Assembly: GCA_024707225.1 (NCBI GenBank)
Contig: JANQAE010000001.1
Location: 1,793,387 to 1,857,386 of the forward strand
Origin: Dokdonella sp.
Lineage (GTDB): Bacteria > Pseudomonadota > Gammaproteobacteria > Xanthomonadales > Rhodanobacteraceae
Direction: 5' to 3'
Length of the DNA: 64,000 nt
In this document: positions 28,567 to 38,546 of the stretch, piece after piece
How positions within the stretch are numbered: the stretch's first letter is position 1
How the letters are laid out: the number at the start of each line of letters is the position of its first letter
The notes under the pieces: model-generated
Database searches by the model: none
What the model saw: only the letters and a program-made list of their open reading frames with translations
Told to the model about the DNA's origin: nothing
Position numbers and translations under genes: made by a program

Positions 28567-28582
28567 TGTGAACCAGTTCACA
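28567..28582. promoter_or_regulatory. Perfect CRP/Clp box upstream of the OPX-Wzz operon
   Basis: TGTGA-ACCAGT-TCACA followed by TTT, about 50 bp before the OPX start. Confidence 0.82.
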
Positions 28583-28683
28583 TTTCTATGCAGGATCGAC
28601 CGCATCGCGCCCGTCCCGTTTCCAACCTGTCCCCTCGCCCGGCAGGGTTCCGGGCGCCGGGACTGTGCCCGCGCCGGTGCCCG

Positions 28684-29691
<1,008 letters not shown>

Positions 29692-29702
29692 GGGTGGGGT
29701 CC

Positions 29703-30995
29703 TCAGAGCCGATCGTCGACGGCCGCGCGCGGCAGCGCGTGCTTGACGTCGAACAGCACGCAGTCGGCCTTGCCGAGCGCGCGGATCCGCTCGACGCCGA
29801 GTTCGGCGAACTGGCGGTGCGCGACCGCCAGGATGATCGCGTCGTAGCGGCCGTCGACCAGGTCGGGCACCAGATCCAGGCCGTACTCGTGGCGCGCCTC
29901 CTCGGCGCTGACCCACGGGTCGTACACCTCGACGTTGGCGTTGTAGCTCTGCAGCTCGGCGACCACGTCGATCACGCGCGTATTGCGCAGGTCCGGACAG
30001 TTCTCCTTGAACGCCAGGCCCAGCACCAGGATGTTGGACTGCGCCGCATGCACGCGGCGCTGCGTCATCAGCTTCACGACGCGCTGCGCGACGTGCTGGC
30101 CCATGCCGTCGTTGATGCGGCGGCCCGACAGGATCACCTCCGGGTGATAGCCGATCTGCTGCGCCTTGTGCGTGAGGTAGTACGGATCCACGCCGATGCA
30201 GTGGCCGCCGACCAGGCCCGGCCGGAACGGCAGGAAGTTCCACTTGGTACCGGCCGCGGCCAGCACTTCGCTGGTGTCGATGCCCAGACGATGGAAGATC
30301 AGCGAGAGCTCGTTGACGAGCGCGATGTTGAGGTCGCGCTGCGTGTTCTCGATGACCTTGGCCGCCTCGGCGACGCGGATGCTCGAGGCCTTGTGCGTGC
30401 CGGCCGTGATCACGCGCCGGTACAGCGCGTCGACGAAATCGGCCGCCGCCGGCGTCGAGCCGGACGTGACCTTCATGATGGTCTCGAGCCGGTGCTGCTT
30501 GTCGCCCGGGTTGATCCGCTCCGGGCTGTAGCCGGCATAGAAGTCCACGTTGAAGCGCAGGCCCGATTCGCGCTCGATGATCGGCACGCAGACCTCCTCC
30601 GTCGCGCCCGGATACACCGTCGATTCGAAGATCGCCACGCCGCCCGGCCGGATCGCCTTGCCGACCGTGCGGCTGGCCGATTCGAGCGGCGTCAGGTCCG
30701 GCCGCTTGGCGTCGTCGATCGGCGTCGGCACGGTCACGATGAAGACGTTGCACTCGGCCAGATCCGCCGGATCGGCGCTGAAGTGCAGCTGCGGCGTCGC
30801 CGCCAGCTCCTCGGGCGAGACTTCGAGCGTGTGGTCGCGGTGCTGCTTGAGCTCGTCGATGCGCGCGCGATTGATGTCGAAGCCCAGGGTCGGCAGGACG
30901 CGGCCGAATCCGACCGCCAGCGGCAGCCCGACGTAACCGAGACCGATCACCGCGACGCGGGTCGCGTCCTGACCGGGAAGGGCAGCAGCATCCAT
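29703..30995 (-). CDS. tviB: UDP-N-acetylhexosamine C-6 dehydrogenase (TviB/WbpO type)
   Basis: [75 protein letters not shown]. Confidence 0.92.
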   Translation of the reverse strand: MDAAALPGQDATRVAVIGLGYVGLPLAVGFGRVLPTLGFDINRARIDELKQHRDHTLEVSPEELAATPQLHFSADPADLAECNVFIVTVPTPIDDAKRPDLTPLESASRTVGKAIRPGGVAIFESTVYPGATEEVCVPIIERESGLRFNVDFYAGYSPERINPGDKQHRLETIMKVTSGSTPAAADFVDALYRRVITAGTHKASSIRVAEAAKVIENTQRDLNIALVNELSLIFHRLGIDTSEVLAAAGTKWNFLPFRPGLVGGHCIGVDPYYLTHKAQQIGYHPEVILSGRRINDGMGQHVAQRVVKLMTQRRVHAAQSNILVLGLAFKENCPDLRNTRVIDVVAELQSYNANVEVYDPWVSAEEARHEYGLDLVPDLVDGRYDAIILAVAHRQFAELGVERIRALGKADCVLFDVKHALPRAAVDDRL

Positions 30996-31274
30996 CGGTG
31001 GCTCCACCACGAAAAGGGGCGGCAAGTCTAGCAGGATGTCCCGAAGCCCCCGTGGCGATCCGGCGCTGCCCGGGCGCCTCGCCGGAGCGCCGGCCGAGGC
31101 GACCGGGCCACCTCGCAAAAAGACCCGATCGGACCCGCCCCGGACGCCGGGCGGCGGCGGTCGCCAAGTACCGCCGCCGCGCCGGGGCGCGTCCCCGTGC
31201 CCCCGACCTTCCATGCCGGCGCGCCACTGTGCCCAATCGCCCCGCTCCGTCGCATCGGACGATTTGCTGAGAAT

Positions 31275-31296
31275 CGTGTAGGAAATTTCCTACACG
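31275..31296. promoter_or_regulatory. Perfect 22-bp palindrome, probable NarL/FixJ/RcsB/BvgA-family operator
   Basis: CGTGTAGGAAA|TTTCCTACACG lies between the divergent tviB and yedA-like genes. Confidence 0.65.
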
Positions 31297-31426
31297 CACC
31301 CGGACCTCGCATGGTCCGAGCGCGGCCGGCCGGCGATTGGCCCCATCCGTCCCCCTGCGCAATGGCGCTGGCCGCGGCGGCCGGTTGCGGGTAGGGTCGC
31401 GGGCCCGCCCCGTGCGCGTCCCCACC

Positions 31427-32323
31427 ATGAGTCCTGCCCCCTCTTCAACGCCCGCCGGCGCGCCCGACCGCCGCTGGCCGATCGCGCTGTCGCTGCTCGC
31501 GCTGTACCTGATCTGGGGCTCGACCTATCTGGCGATCCGCGTCGCGCTGGAGAGCTGGCCGCCGTTCCTGATGGCTGCGATCCGTTTCCTGGTCGCCGGC
31601 GGCCTGCTCTACGGCTTCCTGCGCTGGCGCGGCAGCGCCGCACCGACGCGCGCGCAGTGGGGCAATGCCGCGGTCACCGGCACCCTGCTGCTCGGCCTCG
31701 GCAACGGCCTGGTCTGCTATGCCGAGCAATCGGTCGCCTCCGGTCTGGCCGCCGTCGCGGTCGCCAGCATGCCGCTGTTCGCGGCGCTGTTCGGCACCGC
31801 CTACGGCCAGCGCCCGCGCCGCATCGAATGGATCGGACTGGGCATCGGTTTCCTCGGCGTCATCCTGCTGAACCTCGGCGGCGGCATGAACGGCGCCCCG
31901 GCCGGCGCCGCCGCCCTGGTCATCGCGGCGGCCGCCTGGGCGTTCGGATCGGTCTGGAGCCGCGGCCGCGACATGCCGCCGGCCGCGATGAACACCGCCG
32001 CGCAGATGCTCTGCGGCGGCGCGATCCTGAGCGTGGCCTCGCTGATCTTCGGCGAGCGCCTGCCGTCCGACCCGACGCTGCCGGCGACACTGGCGGTGAT
32101 CTACCTGATCGTGTTCGGCTCGCTGATCGCGTTCACCGCGTACCTGTACCTGCTCGCCAACGTGCGCCCGGTGCTGGCGACCAGCTACGCCTACGTCAAC
32201 CCGCCGGTCGCCGTGCTGATCGGCGCCGGCCTCGCCGGCGAAGCGGTGGGCCTGAGCGATCTGGTCGCGATGGCGGTGATTCTGGGCGGGGTGGCGTTGA
32301 TTACGTTGACGCGGGGGAAGTGA
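31427..32323 (+). CDS. yedA: EamA/DMT transporter, YedA-like
   Basis: [62 protein letters not shown]. Confidence 0.9.
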   Translation: MSPAPSSTPAGAPDRRWPIALSLLALYLIWGSTYLAIRVALESWPPFLMAAIRFLVAGGLLYGFLRWRGSAAPTRAQWGNAAVTGTLLLGLGNGLVCYAEQSVASGLAAVAVASMPLFAALFGTAYGQRPRRIEWIGLGIGFLGVILLNLGGGMNGAPAGAAALVIAAAAWAFGSVWSRGRDMPPAAMNTAAQMLCGGAILSVASLIFGERLPSDPTLPATLAVIYLIVFGSLIAFTAYLYLLANVRPVLATSYAYVNPPVAVLIGAGLAGEAVGLSDLVAMAVILGGVALITLTRGK

Positions 32324-32513
32324 GGCGCAACACCTGCCTTAACCTGAATGTAGAAATGAGGTGTACGAACCTTACGAGTAGTAACTGCACACCGCCTGTG
32401 ACATTCCATCGAGCGAATATCAAAAAACTTCATCAAAACATCAAATTGGATCGGGCAGTCAACGCTTCAGAGCGGGACGACGGCAGAGATACACTGCGGT
32501 TTCTCTGCAACCC

Positions 32514-33017
32514 CTATTCTGCAAAAAGCCCAAGTTCGCCTGAAAGGTAGAATACCTCGCCTGAATTCTGTCTCTTCTGCGGAATCCCTATCGCGACCAC
32601 ACCTTTACGTTTTTCGTACCAGAATGATAAAACCAAATCACCTGACGCCTCATACACAGCAATTAAGTCGACCTCGCCCCAGGGGAAATAAGAAGGCGCG
32701 TTAACTTTACTTTTGGCATACTTTTTGCCATCAAAAAACCAAACTTTCTTATTTTGATAATCTTTTTTAGGTATTGAAATAGGCAGCATTACGCTCCCCG
32801 TGCATAAATAATCCTCAGAAATGCAATCTCTCTCCATAACCTCGCCATTGTCACCAATCATAATCTCCTTACTGGAGGGAGAGATAGAAAGATTGATGCA
32901 ATCAAACAGGGGTCCACCATGCCCCTGATCGGCGCAGTTTACGTAATAGAATTCAGCACCCCAACACGAACCTGCAGTCATTAAATACAGTAAAAGTGAC
33001 AAAATCACTTTATCCAT
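32514..33017 (-). CDS. Putative cognate immunity protein of the Rhs toxin (signal peptide, 4 Cys in mature part)
   Basis: Low-GC 167-aa ORF that overlaps the Rhs stop by 13 bp; N-terminus MDKVILSLLLYLMTAGSCWGA. Confidence 0.72.
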   Translation of the reverse strand: MDKVILSLLLYLMTAGSCWGAEFYYVNCADQGHGGPLFDCINLSISPSSKEIMIGDNGEVMERDCISEDYLCTGSVMLPISIPKKDYQNKKVWFFDGKKYAKSKVNAPSYFPWGEVDLIAVYEASGDLVLSFWYEKRKGVVAIGIPQKRQNSGEVFYLSGELGLFAE

Positions 33018-36000
33018 ATCTCACTCCTCAGTATATTACCCGGGTAAGCATTGATCAGTTTAATGCCAAATATATTTGCACCTAACTCAGACCTATCCGG
33101 CCAGAGTGTTGCATGCCCATACTCATGAGCGACCGCAAAAAACTGTAGATGAGCGCCACCAGTTCGGACATATGCCCCTTTGTAGTTCGTCCCCCAGAAG
33201 CCCTCAACTCCCAACTCGTAGAAACCAGGAAAGATAGTAATCTTGCTATTTACATAACGACCTTCTGACGAGTATCCCTGATGCCAGGCAGTATCACGCC
33301 CAGCATTTCTGGTCAGGTTGAATACGACAGTGGATCCGTTAAAACGATCAGCTGCATCTTGATCGCCAGTCGCATTTATTGCATCTCTCACCATATCCAG
33401 AGTCTTATTAATCTGACTTATCTCTTTACTCTGCTTTTCGCTCAATGGGCCTACAAAATTAGGGTCTACAACCACTGACTTGCTCTGCGCGGGCTTGAAA
33501 TTGGCAGTTTGCGCCATTGAAGCCACGCCGCCAGTTTCGCAAAGACTCTTAATATGAGTACCAGTACATTCGCGCCCATCGGGATCGATGTTGTTGTACG
33601 GACTGTTGTTGGCGTACCAGTAGCGATTGAAGCTGCCCGGGGTGGAGGCGATCGGATCGGTGCTAACGAAGCGGCTCTGCACCGGATCGTAGTAGCGGGC
33701 CTGCATGTAGACCAGCTTGGTCAGCTCATCGGATACGTGGCCGGTGAAGTCCGGACCGTCGAAGAACACCTTGTTCATCGGCTCGCCGTACGGTTCGAGC
33801 GGCCGGCGATTGATATCCAGCGGCGTGGTGCTGGCACTGGTGGTCTGGTACACCGGCGTGCCCAGCGCATCGGTGTGCTGATAGGTCACTCCCGCCGCAT
33901 CGATCTTCGCCAGCAGATGCCGGTTCAGGTACACGTGCTTGGTCACCGCCATGCCGCTGCGCTCGTACACCAGCTGACCGGCCTGCGTGTAAATCTGCAG
34001 CCGCGACGGCTCGCTGTCTTCGCTGATCCGGAACCGCCGTCCGTTGCCATCGTAGTCGTACTGCGCCAGCACCGTAGGGGTGCCCGTCTGCTTGACCTGG
34101 CTCATCCGGCTGCCTAGGTCATACACGTAGTCTTGCGCCACGGATAATGGGTAGGGCGCAATGCGCTGTGTCATCTCGCCTCGCGGATTGTAGGCATAGA
34201 ACATCGTCGAGACGTTGTGCGAGTCGTAAATCTGCACCAGACGATTCTTGTCGTAGGTGTAGTTGAAGATGCGCATGCTGCTGTAGTTGCGCCGAAAATT
34301 GTCCAGCGCGTCGTATGCGTAGGTCACACCGGCGGTCGTCGGCAGCGGACCGATCGCTACGTGGTTGAGACGGTCCAGATCGTCGTAGCTCATCTGTCGC
34401 GTGTTGCCCGGTGTCGCCAGGTCCTGAATCATCTTCACGTTGCCGTTCACGTCGTAGGTGTAGGCATCGATCAGGAAACTGCCGTTCTGCACCCCCGCCG
34501 GCAGGCCACGCAGGTTCTGGATCACCGTGTGACTGATCGAATTGCCATATGTGAACGAGCTCACGCCACCATTCGCGGCGTGCGCGATGTCCGAGGCATA
34601 GTTGATCCCGCCGCTGCTGAGGCGGCTCGGCTGCCCCAGTTGGTTGGGCGAGTAGTTCACCGTCGTGTTGTCCGGATAGGTCGTCGACGTCCGGCTGCCG
34701 TTGGCGTCGTAGCCGTAGCTCGTCAAAAACGTCCCTTCCGATACCGCCAGCGACTCGCTGCGCAGCAGGCGCCGCTTGTCGTAGGTGTAGGTCCATTGCG
34801 ACAGCAGACTCGTCGTGTTCCACGGCTCCGTGCGCACCGTCAGCGGCAGGTTGTCCGCAGTCCAGGTTCGCCGGATCTTCGGGCTGTTGTCGCCGAAGGT
34901 CGTCAGCTCCAGGCGGTTGCGACCGTCGTAGCTCATCGTCGCCTTCGCATTCGACGGCACCGAATCGCGCTGGCACAGCGCCGCATCGGTCAGGTCCTGC
35001 CCTTTGGCCTCCCAGGCCACATTGCCGGCTGCGTCGTAATCGATCACGGTCGCACCGTTCGGAGAACTCGGCCCACCGGTTTCCGGCTCGATGATCTTGC
35101 ACAGCCGGTGGTTGAGATCGTAGACGTATCGGCGCGTCGCCGAGATCGGCGTCGTCTCCCAGGTGCCGCTGCGCGTGACCGTTATCGGGCGGCCGTACAC
35201 GTCACGCGCTATCGTCGTCGAGCGCCGTTCGTCTGGATCGTCGTCGGTCACGTTCTCCGTGATCTGGATCGGCGCATCCTCGCTCGGCTCGTCGAACAGC
35301 TGATACCAGGTGTCGGTTACCGTGCCGCGCGGGTTTGTCACCCGCTTCTGGAAGCCGGTCAGGTACTCGATCTTCGTCGTGGCGTCCGCCGCCGCGCCGG
35401 TCAGCTCAGTCTTGGCAACCGTCTGACTCACCCGACCCAGCGCGTCGTAGCTCGTCGTCGTGCCTGGCGGCGACGAACCGATCGATGCGATCGTCCGTTG
35501 CGGATACGACTCGAACGTCGTCCGCCCCTGCCCGTCGAATCGCTTGAGCACCATCTGACGCGTCGCGGCCTCGGTCGTACCGCTGGTGCCGTCGTAGCGC
35601 TTGACCATCGCCGGGCGCAGCAGGGCATCCAGGTAGGTAATCGTGTAGCCGTCGCCGGTCTTTACCGTCTGGCGCCAGTGCGAGCCTCCCGGAATCTCCG
35701 AGGTCGTCTCGAACGTATAGGTCAGCGTCGTAGTGTTCCATGCCGTCAGATCGCCGGTCGGATAGGTGATCGACGCCAGTCGGCCCAGGCCGTCGTAGTC
35801 GTACCAGCGCTTCTCGCCGGCCTGCGTCACTTCCGTGATCTCGCCGGTGTCGTTCACGACCGCCCGCATCACGTCGCCATTTTGGTAGGTGATCCAGGTA
35901 GGGATACCGCGCTTGTACAACGCGTAGTTGGTCACCTTGCCCAACCCGTCCGTGCTCTTCCACAGCGTACCGTCGGCGTACCAGTCGTAACTACGCTGCA

Positions 36001-38128
36001 ACACGCCGTACTTCGTATGGCTCAGCAGGTTCGCCGTCGTCGAGTGATAGGTGTTGTACACCGGCGTGGTCACTGCAGACGGGCTGGCGCTCGGCCAGGC
36101 CTGGACCTGTGCCACCTGGCCTAGCACCCACTTGGCAGTGTTGTCGTGATAGGTCGTCGATTCGGTACGACTCGAGCCGATGCTGCCCACGCGCGAGCGG
36201 AGCACCTGCAGCGGTCGACCCCGCACGTCGTAGGTCTGCGCCTCCCAGCTCATTCCCACGTCATGTTGCAGCGTCAGCCGCCTCTTTTCCGCGATGATCC
36301 GTTCGGTCATGTACGGATCGCCGCGCTGCTGAATGCTCTTGCCGTACGGGTGCGGCCAAGGCGGTGCCGAGCCGAACCCACCGCTGCTCGTTGGAAAGTA
36401 GGTCGTCTCGACCGTCCGCATTGCCGTGCCGGAGCCGGTGCCGGTGTCGGGCGTCCAGCCGCTCTCGACCTTCAGCAACTGCCCCTCATTCACCTCGGCC
36501 CGGATGCCGAACGTGTAGCGCGTCTGCGATCCATCCGGATCCTTCACCCGCACCGTCTTGGTCGTCGGCGAACTGCTCGTGCAGAGCGGACCGGCATACA
36601 TCGGATCCGCACCTACCGGATCCCAGCAGTAAGCCACGGAAGGCGTTGTCTCGTTGTAGGCATACGTCCAGATGTAGCCTGGCAGTCCCGTCCCACTGAT
36701 CGCTTTGCTCGTCAGGGACAATTCGCCGAATTGCCGCGACTGCGTAGCCCAGCTCCCAGGCGACGACGGAGTGCCGCCCGCCTCAATGCAGTCCCACTTC
36801 ACCCAGGTACGCCCATGCTCCATGCGCGTCAGCTCGAATGTACCCGTCGCGCCACTGGGATGACGCATCGTGCCCGTGAACGTGTCGTAGTCGCCCGGAT
36901 AGTTATAGTTGCAATTGGAAGTCGGCGTTGCCGTAGGCGGCAGCGCATTGGACAGCTCAGCCAGATCCAGTTGCCAGTACGACACGCCATCGGGCTGGTG
37001 AACCCGCCATAGCCGACCACTGCTGTACTCATAGCTCCATGTCCGCGATGGCGAACCGCCCGACTGTGCGGTCACCTGAGAAATCACATTTGTGCCCGGC
37101 GTGACACCCGGAATGTAGGTAAAATTGAGCCTGCGTGTATCCGAGGGCGTACCCGTCACATTCGTAGACACGACGCTCGTCAACTGCGATCCACTCCAGG
37201 TGTAGGTCACCGTGTTGCCATAACGGTCGGTGACCAGCGTCGGGACGATCCACACCTCATTGCGATTAAGCTGCCCGTTCACCCCGGTGACCGTGACCGT
37301 CGGCTCCGTAGGCACTATTCCGTCACGCAGGACAACACCGCTGCCTCCCCGCAGCGGCCGCGTCTGCCGTGTAATGATGTGATTGAACCGATACAGGGTG
37401 CCGTCGGGCGTGAGCAGCTCGAAGCCTTCGTTGCTCGTATCCAGTCCGATCGCTACGCATCGGATCATGCCGCCCGACTTGGTGACCAATGGGTAGCTCG
37501 AACCATCGGTAGGCGCCTGCGTATTACCGGGTGCCCGAAGCAGAATCTCCTGATCGCCGCTGCCAGGCAAATAAATAAAGCTGCCTTGCCAATACGCCTC
37601 TGCCGAATAGAGTTCGCCGCCAGGCGATACGGTCACGCTCGGTGGAGCACTGAACTGACTGCATCGGCGATTCGTATTGAGCGTGGTCTTCCAGCCCGCA
37701 TCCATCGAGAACACGCCATGAGCGTGCGGAATGTCCAGGTCCCAGTCGCCGAAATGACGGTTGAACTCATCGCTCTGCGTCGGCCGGTAGCGACGTCCCA
37801 AGGCTACCGGCAGCGCGCTGTTGCCCGGGATGCTCACGTCCGTCTGCGTGAACTCCAGCGCACCGGTGTACAGGCTCACCTGGTCACCGAACAGGTCCGG
37901 ACCCAGCGCGCCCACCACGTCGCTGCCGCGCAGCAGCTTGCCCTGCTCGCCGTAGATCGACACCTCCTTCGGCTGCGCCTGCACCACGCCCGCGCTCAGC
38001 AGCACGGCGCTCAGCAGACCCAGCAGCGCGACACCGCCACGGCGCGCGCCCGGCGCTCCAGGATCGGCGGCACTCGACGGTGGGGAAGGATTGACCGATG
38101 CGCTCAGCGCGCGAAACGACGCGGGCAT
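33005..38128 (-). CDS. Rhs/YD-repeat polymorphic toxin with N-terminal signal peptide and C-terminal HExxH domain
   Basis: AAGGAG RBS before ATG 38128; YD repeats (YDGLGRL, YDALGRV, YDVNGNV); core end HTDALGT...YMQARYYDP...RFVSTDP...YANNSPYNNIDPDG; then a low-GC CT with AHEYGH. Confidence 0.95.
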   Translation of the reverse strand: MPASFRALSASVNPSPPSSAADPGAPGARRGGVALLGLLSAVLLSAGVVQAQPKEVSIYGEQGKLLRGSDVVGALGPDLFGDQVSLYTGALEFTQTDVSIPGNSALPVALGRRYRPTQSDEFNRHFGDWDLDIPHAHGVFSMDAGWKTTLNTNRRCSQFSAPPSVTVSPGGELYSAEAYWQGSFIYLPGSGDQEILLRAPGNTQAPTDGSSYPLVTKSGGMIRCVAIGLDTSNEGFELLTPDGTLYRFNHIITRQTRPLRGGSGVVLRDGIVPTEPTVTVTGVNGQLNRNEVWIVPTLVTDRYGNTVTYTWSGSQLTSVVSTNVTGTPSDTRRLNFTYIPGVTPGTNVISQVTAQSGGSPSRTWSYEYSSGRLWRVHQPDGVSYWQLDLAELSNALPPTATPTSNCNYNYPGDYDTFTGTMRHPSGATGTFELTRMEHGRTWVKWDCIEAGGTPSSPGSWATQSRQFGELSLTSKAISGTGLPGYIWTYAYNETTPSVAYCWDPVGADPMYAGPLCTSSSPTTKTVRVKDPDGSQTRYTFGIRAEVNEGQLLKVESGWTPDTGTGSGTAMRTVETTYFPTSSGGFGSAPPWPHPYGKSIQQRGDPYMTERIIAEKRRLTLQHDVGMSWEAQTYDVRGRPLQVLRSRVGSIGSSRTESTTYHDNTAKWVLGQVAQVQAWPSASPSAVTTPVYNTYHSTTANLLSHTKYGVLQRSYDWYADGTLWKSTDGLGKVTNYALYKRGIPTWITYQNGDVMRAVVNDTGEITEVTQAGEKRWYDYDGLGRLASITYPTGDLTAWNTTTLTYTFETTSEIPGGSHWRQTVKTGDGYTITYLDALLRPAMVKRYDGTSGTTEAATRQMVLKRFDGQGRTTFESYPQRTIASIGSSPPGTTTSYDALGRVSQTVAKTELTGAAADATTKIEYLTGFQKRVTNPRGTVTDTWYQLFDEPSEDAPIQITENVTDDDPDERRSTTIARDVYGRPITVTRSGTWETTPISATRRYVYDLNHRLCKIIEPETGGPSSPNGATVIDYDAAGNVAWEAKGQDLTDAALCQRDSVPSNAKATMSYDGRNRLELTTFGDNSPKIRRTWTADNLPLTVRTEPWNTTSLLSQWTYTYDKRRLLRSESLAVSEGTFLTSYGYDANGSRTSTTYPDNTTVNYSPNQLGQPSRLSSGGINYASDIAHAANGGVSSFTYGNSISHTVIQNLRGLPAGVQNGSFLIDAYTYDVNGNVKMIQDLATPGNTRQMSYDDLDRLNHVAIGPLPTTAGVTYAYDALDNFRRNYSSMRIFNYTYDKNRLVQIYDSHNVSTMFYAYNPRGEMTQRIAPYPLSVAQDYVYDLGSRMSQVKQTGTPTVLAQYDYDGNGRRFRISEDSEPSRLQIYTQAGQLVYERSGMAVTKHVYLNRHLLAKIDAAGVTYQHTDALGTPVYQTTSASTTPLDINRRPLEPYGEPMNKVFFDGPDFTGHVSDELTKLVYMQARYYDPVQSRFVSTDPIASTPGSFNRYWYANNSPYNNIDPDGRECTGTHIKSLCETGGVASMAQTANFKPAQSKSVVVDPNFVGPLSEKQSKEISQINKTLDMVRDAINATGDQDAADRFNGSTVVFNLTRNAGRDTAWHQGYSSEGRYVNSKITIFPGFYELGVEGFWGTNYKGAYVRTGGAHLQFFAVAHEYGHATLWPDRSELGANIFGIKLINAYPGNILRSEIWIK

Positions 38129-38546
38129 GCAAAACTCCTTTGCAGGCCCCGAACCAAAACCCTTCGGCGAAAAGAACCAGCGCCGCGCGCGCCGCCCCAA
38201 ACGTCTCAACGGAATCCGGTCCGATGCCCTGAATTGAAAACGTCGGGGCCACCCCCTGCGGGCTTCCCTGCGACGTGAATGAACCCTAACTCGGACCGGC
38301 GGTTTTGGAAAGCGTGACGATGTGACGGATTGTCACGACTCAGGTGACGGGCATCCCAAAAAAGAAAAGAGCGGCCGCGACGCAACTCGCCCTTACCGAT
38401 AAGCGCTTGTCTATCGGCAGGGCTTCGACACCGATCGTGACTACTCGCTTTTCCTACCGTCCAGATCGCGATCGGCAACATCTTCGAGCGGAGCGGCACA
38501 GACGATTGCACGGTGAAGGGCGCACGCGCCCTTCACCGGCATCCGG

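Noticed and set aside
32191-32436. 81-aa minus-strand ORF in the low-GC gap
   Set aside because: It overlaps yedA antisense and has no RBS or motif; treated as non-coding or remnant.
38030-38050. Twin-arginine (ARRGG) in the Rhs leader as a Tat signal
   Set aside because: It lacks the S/T-R-R-x-F-L-K consensus; Sec is more parsimonious.
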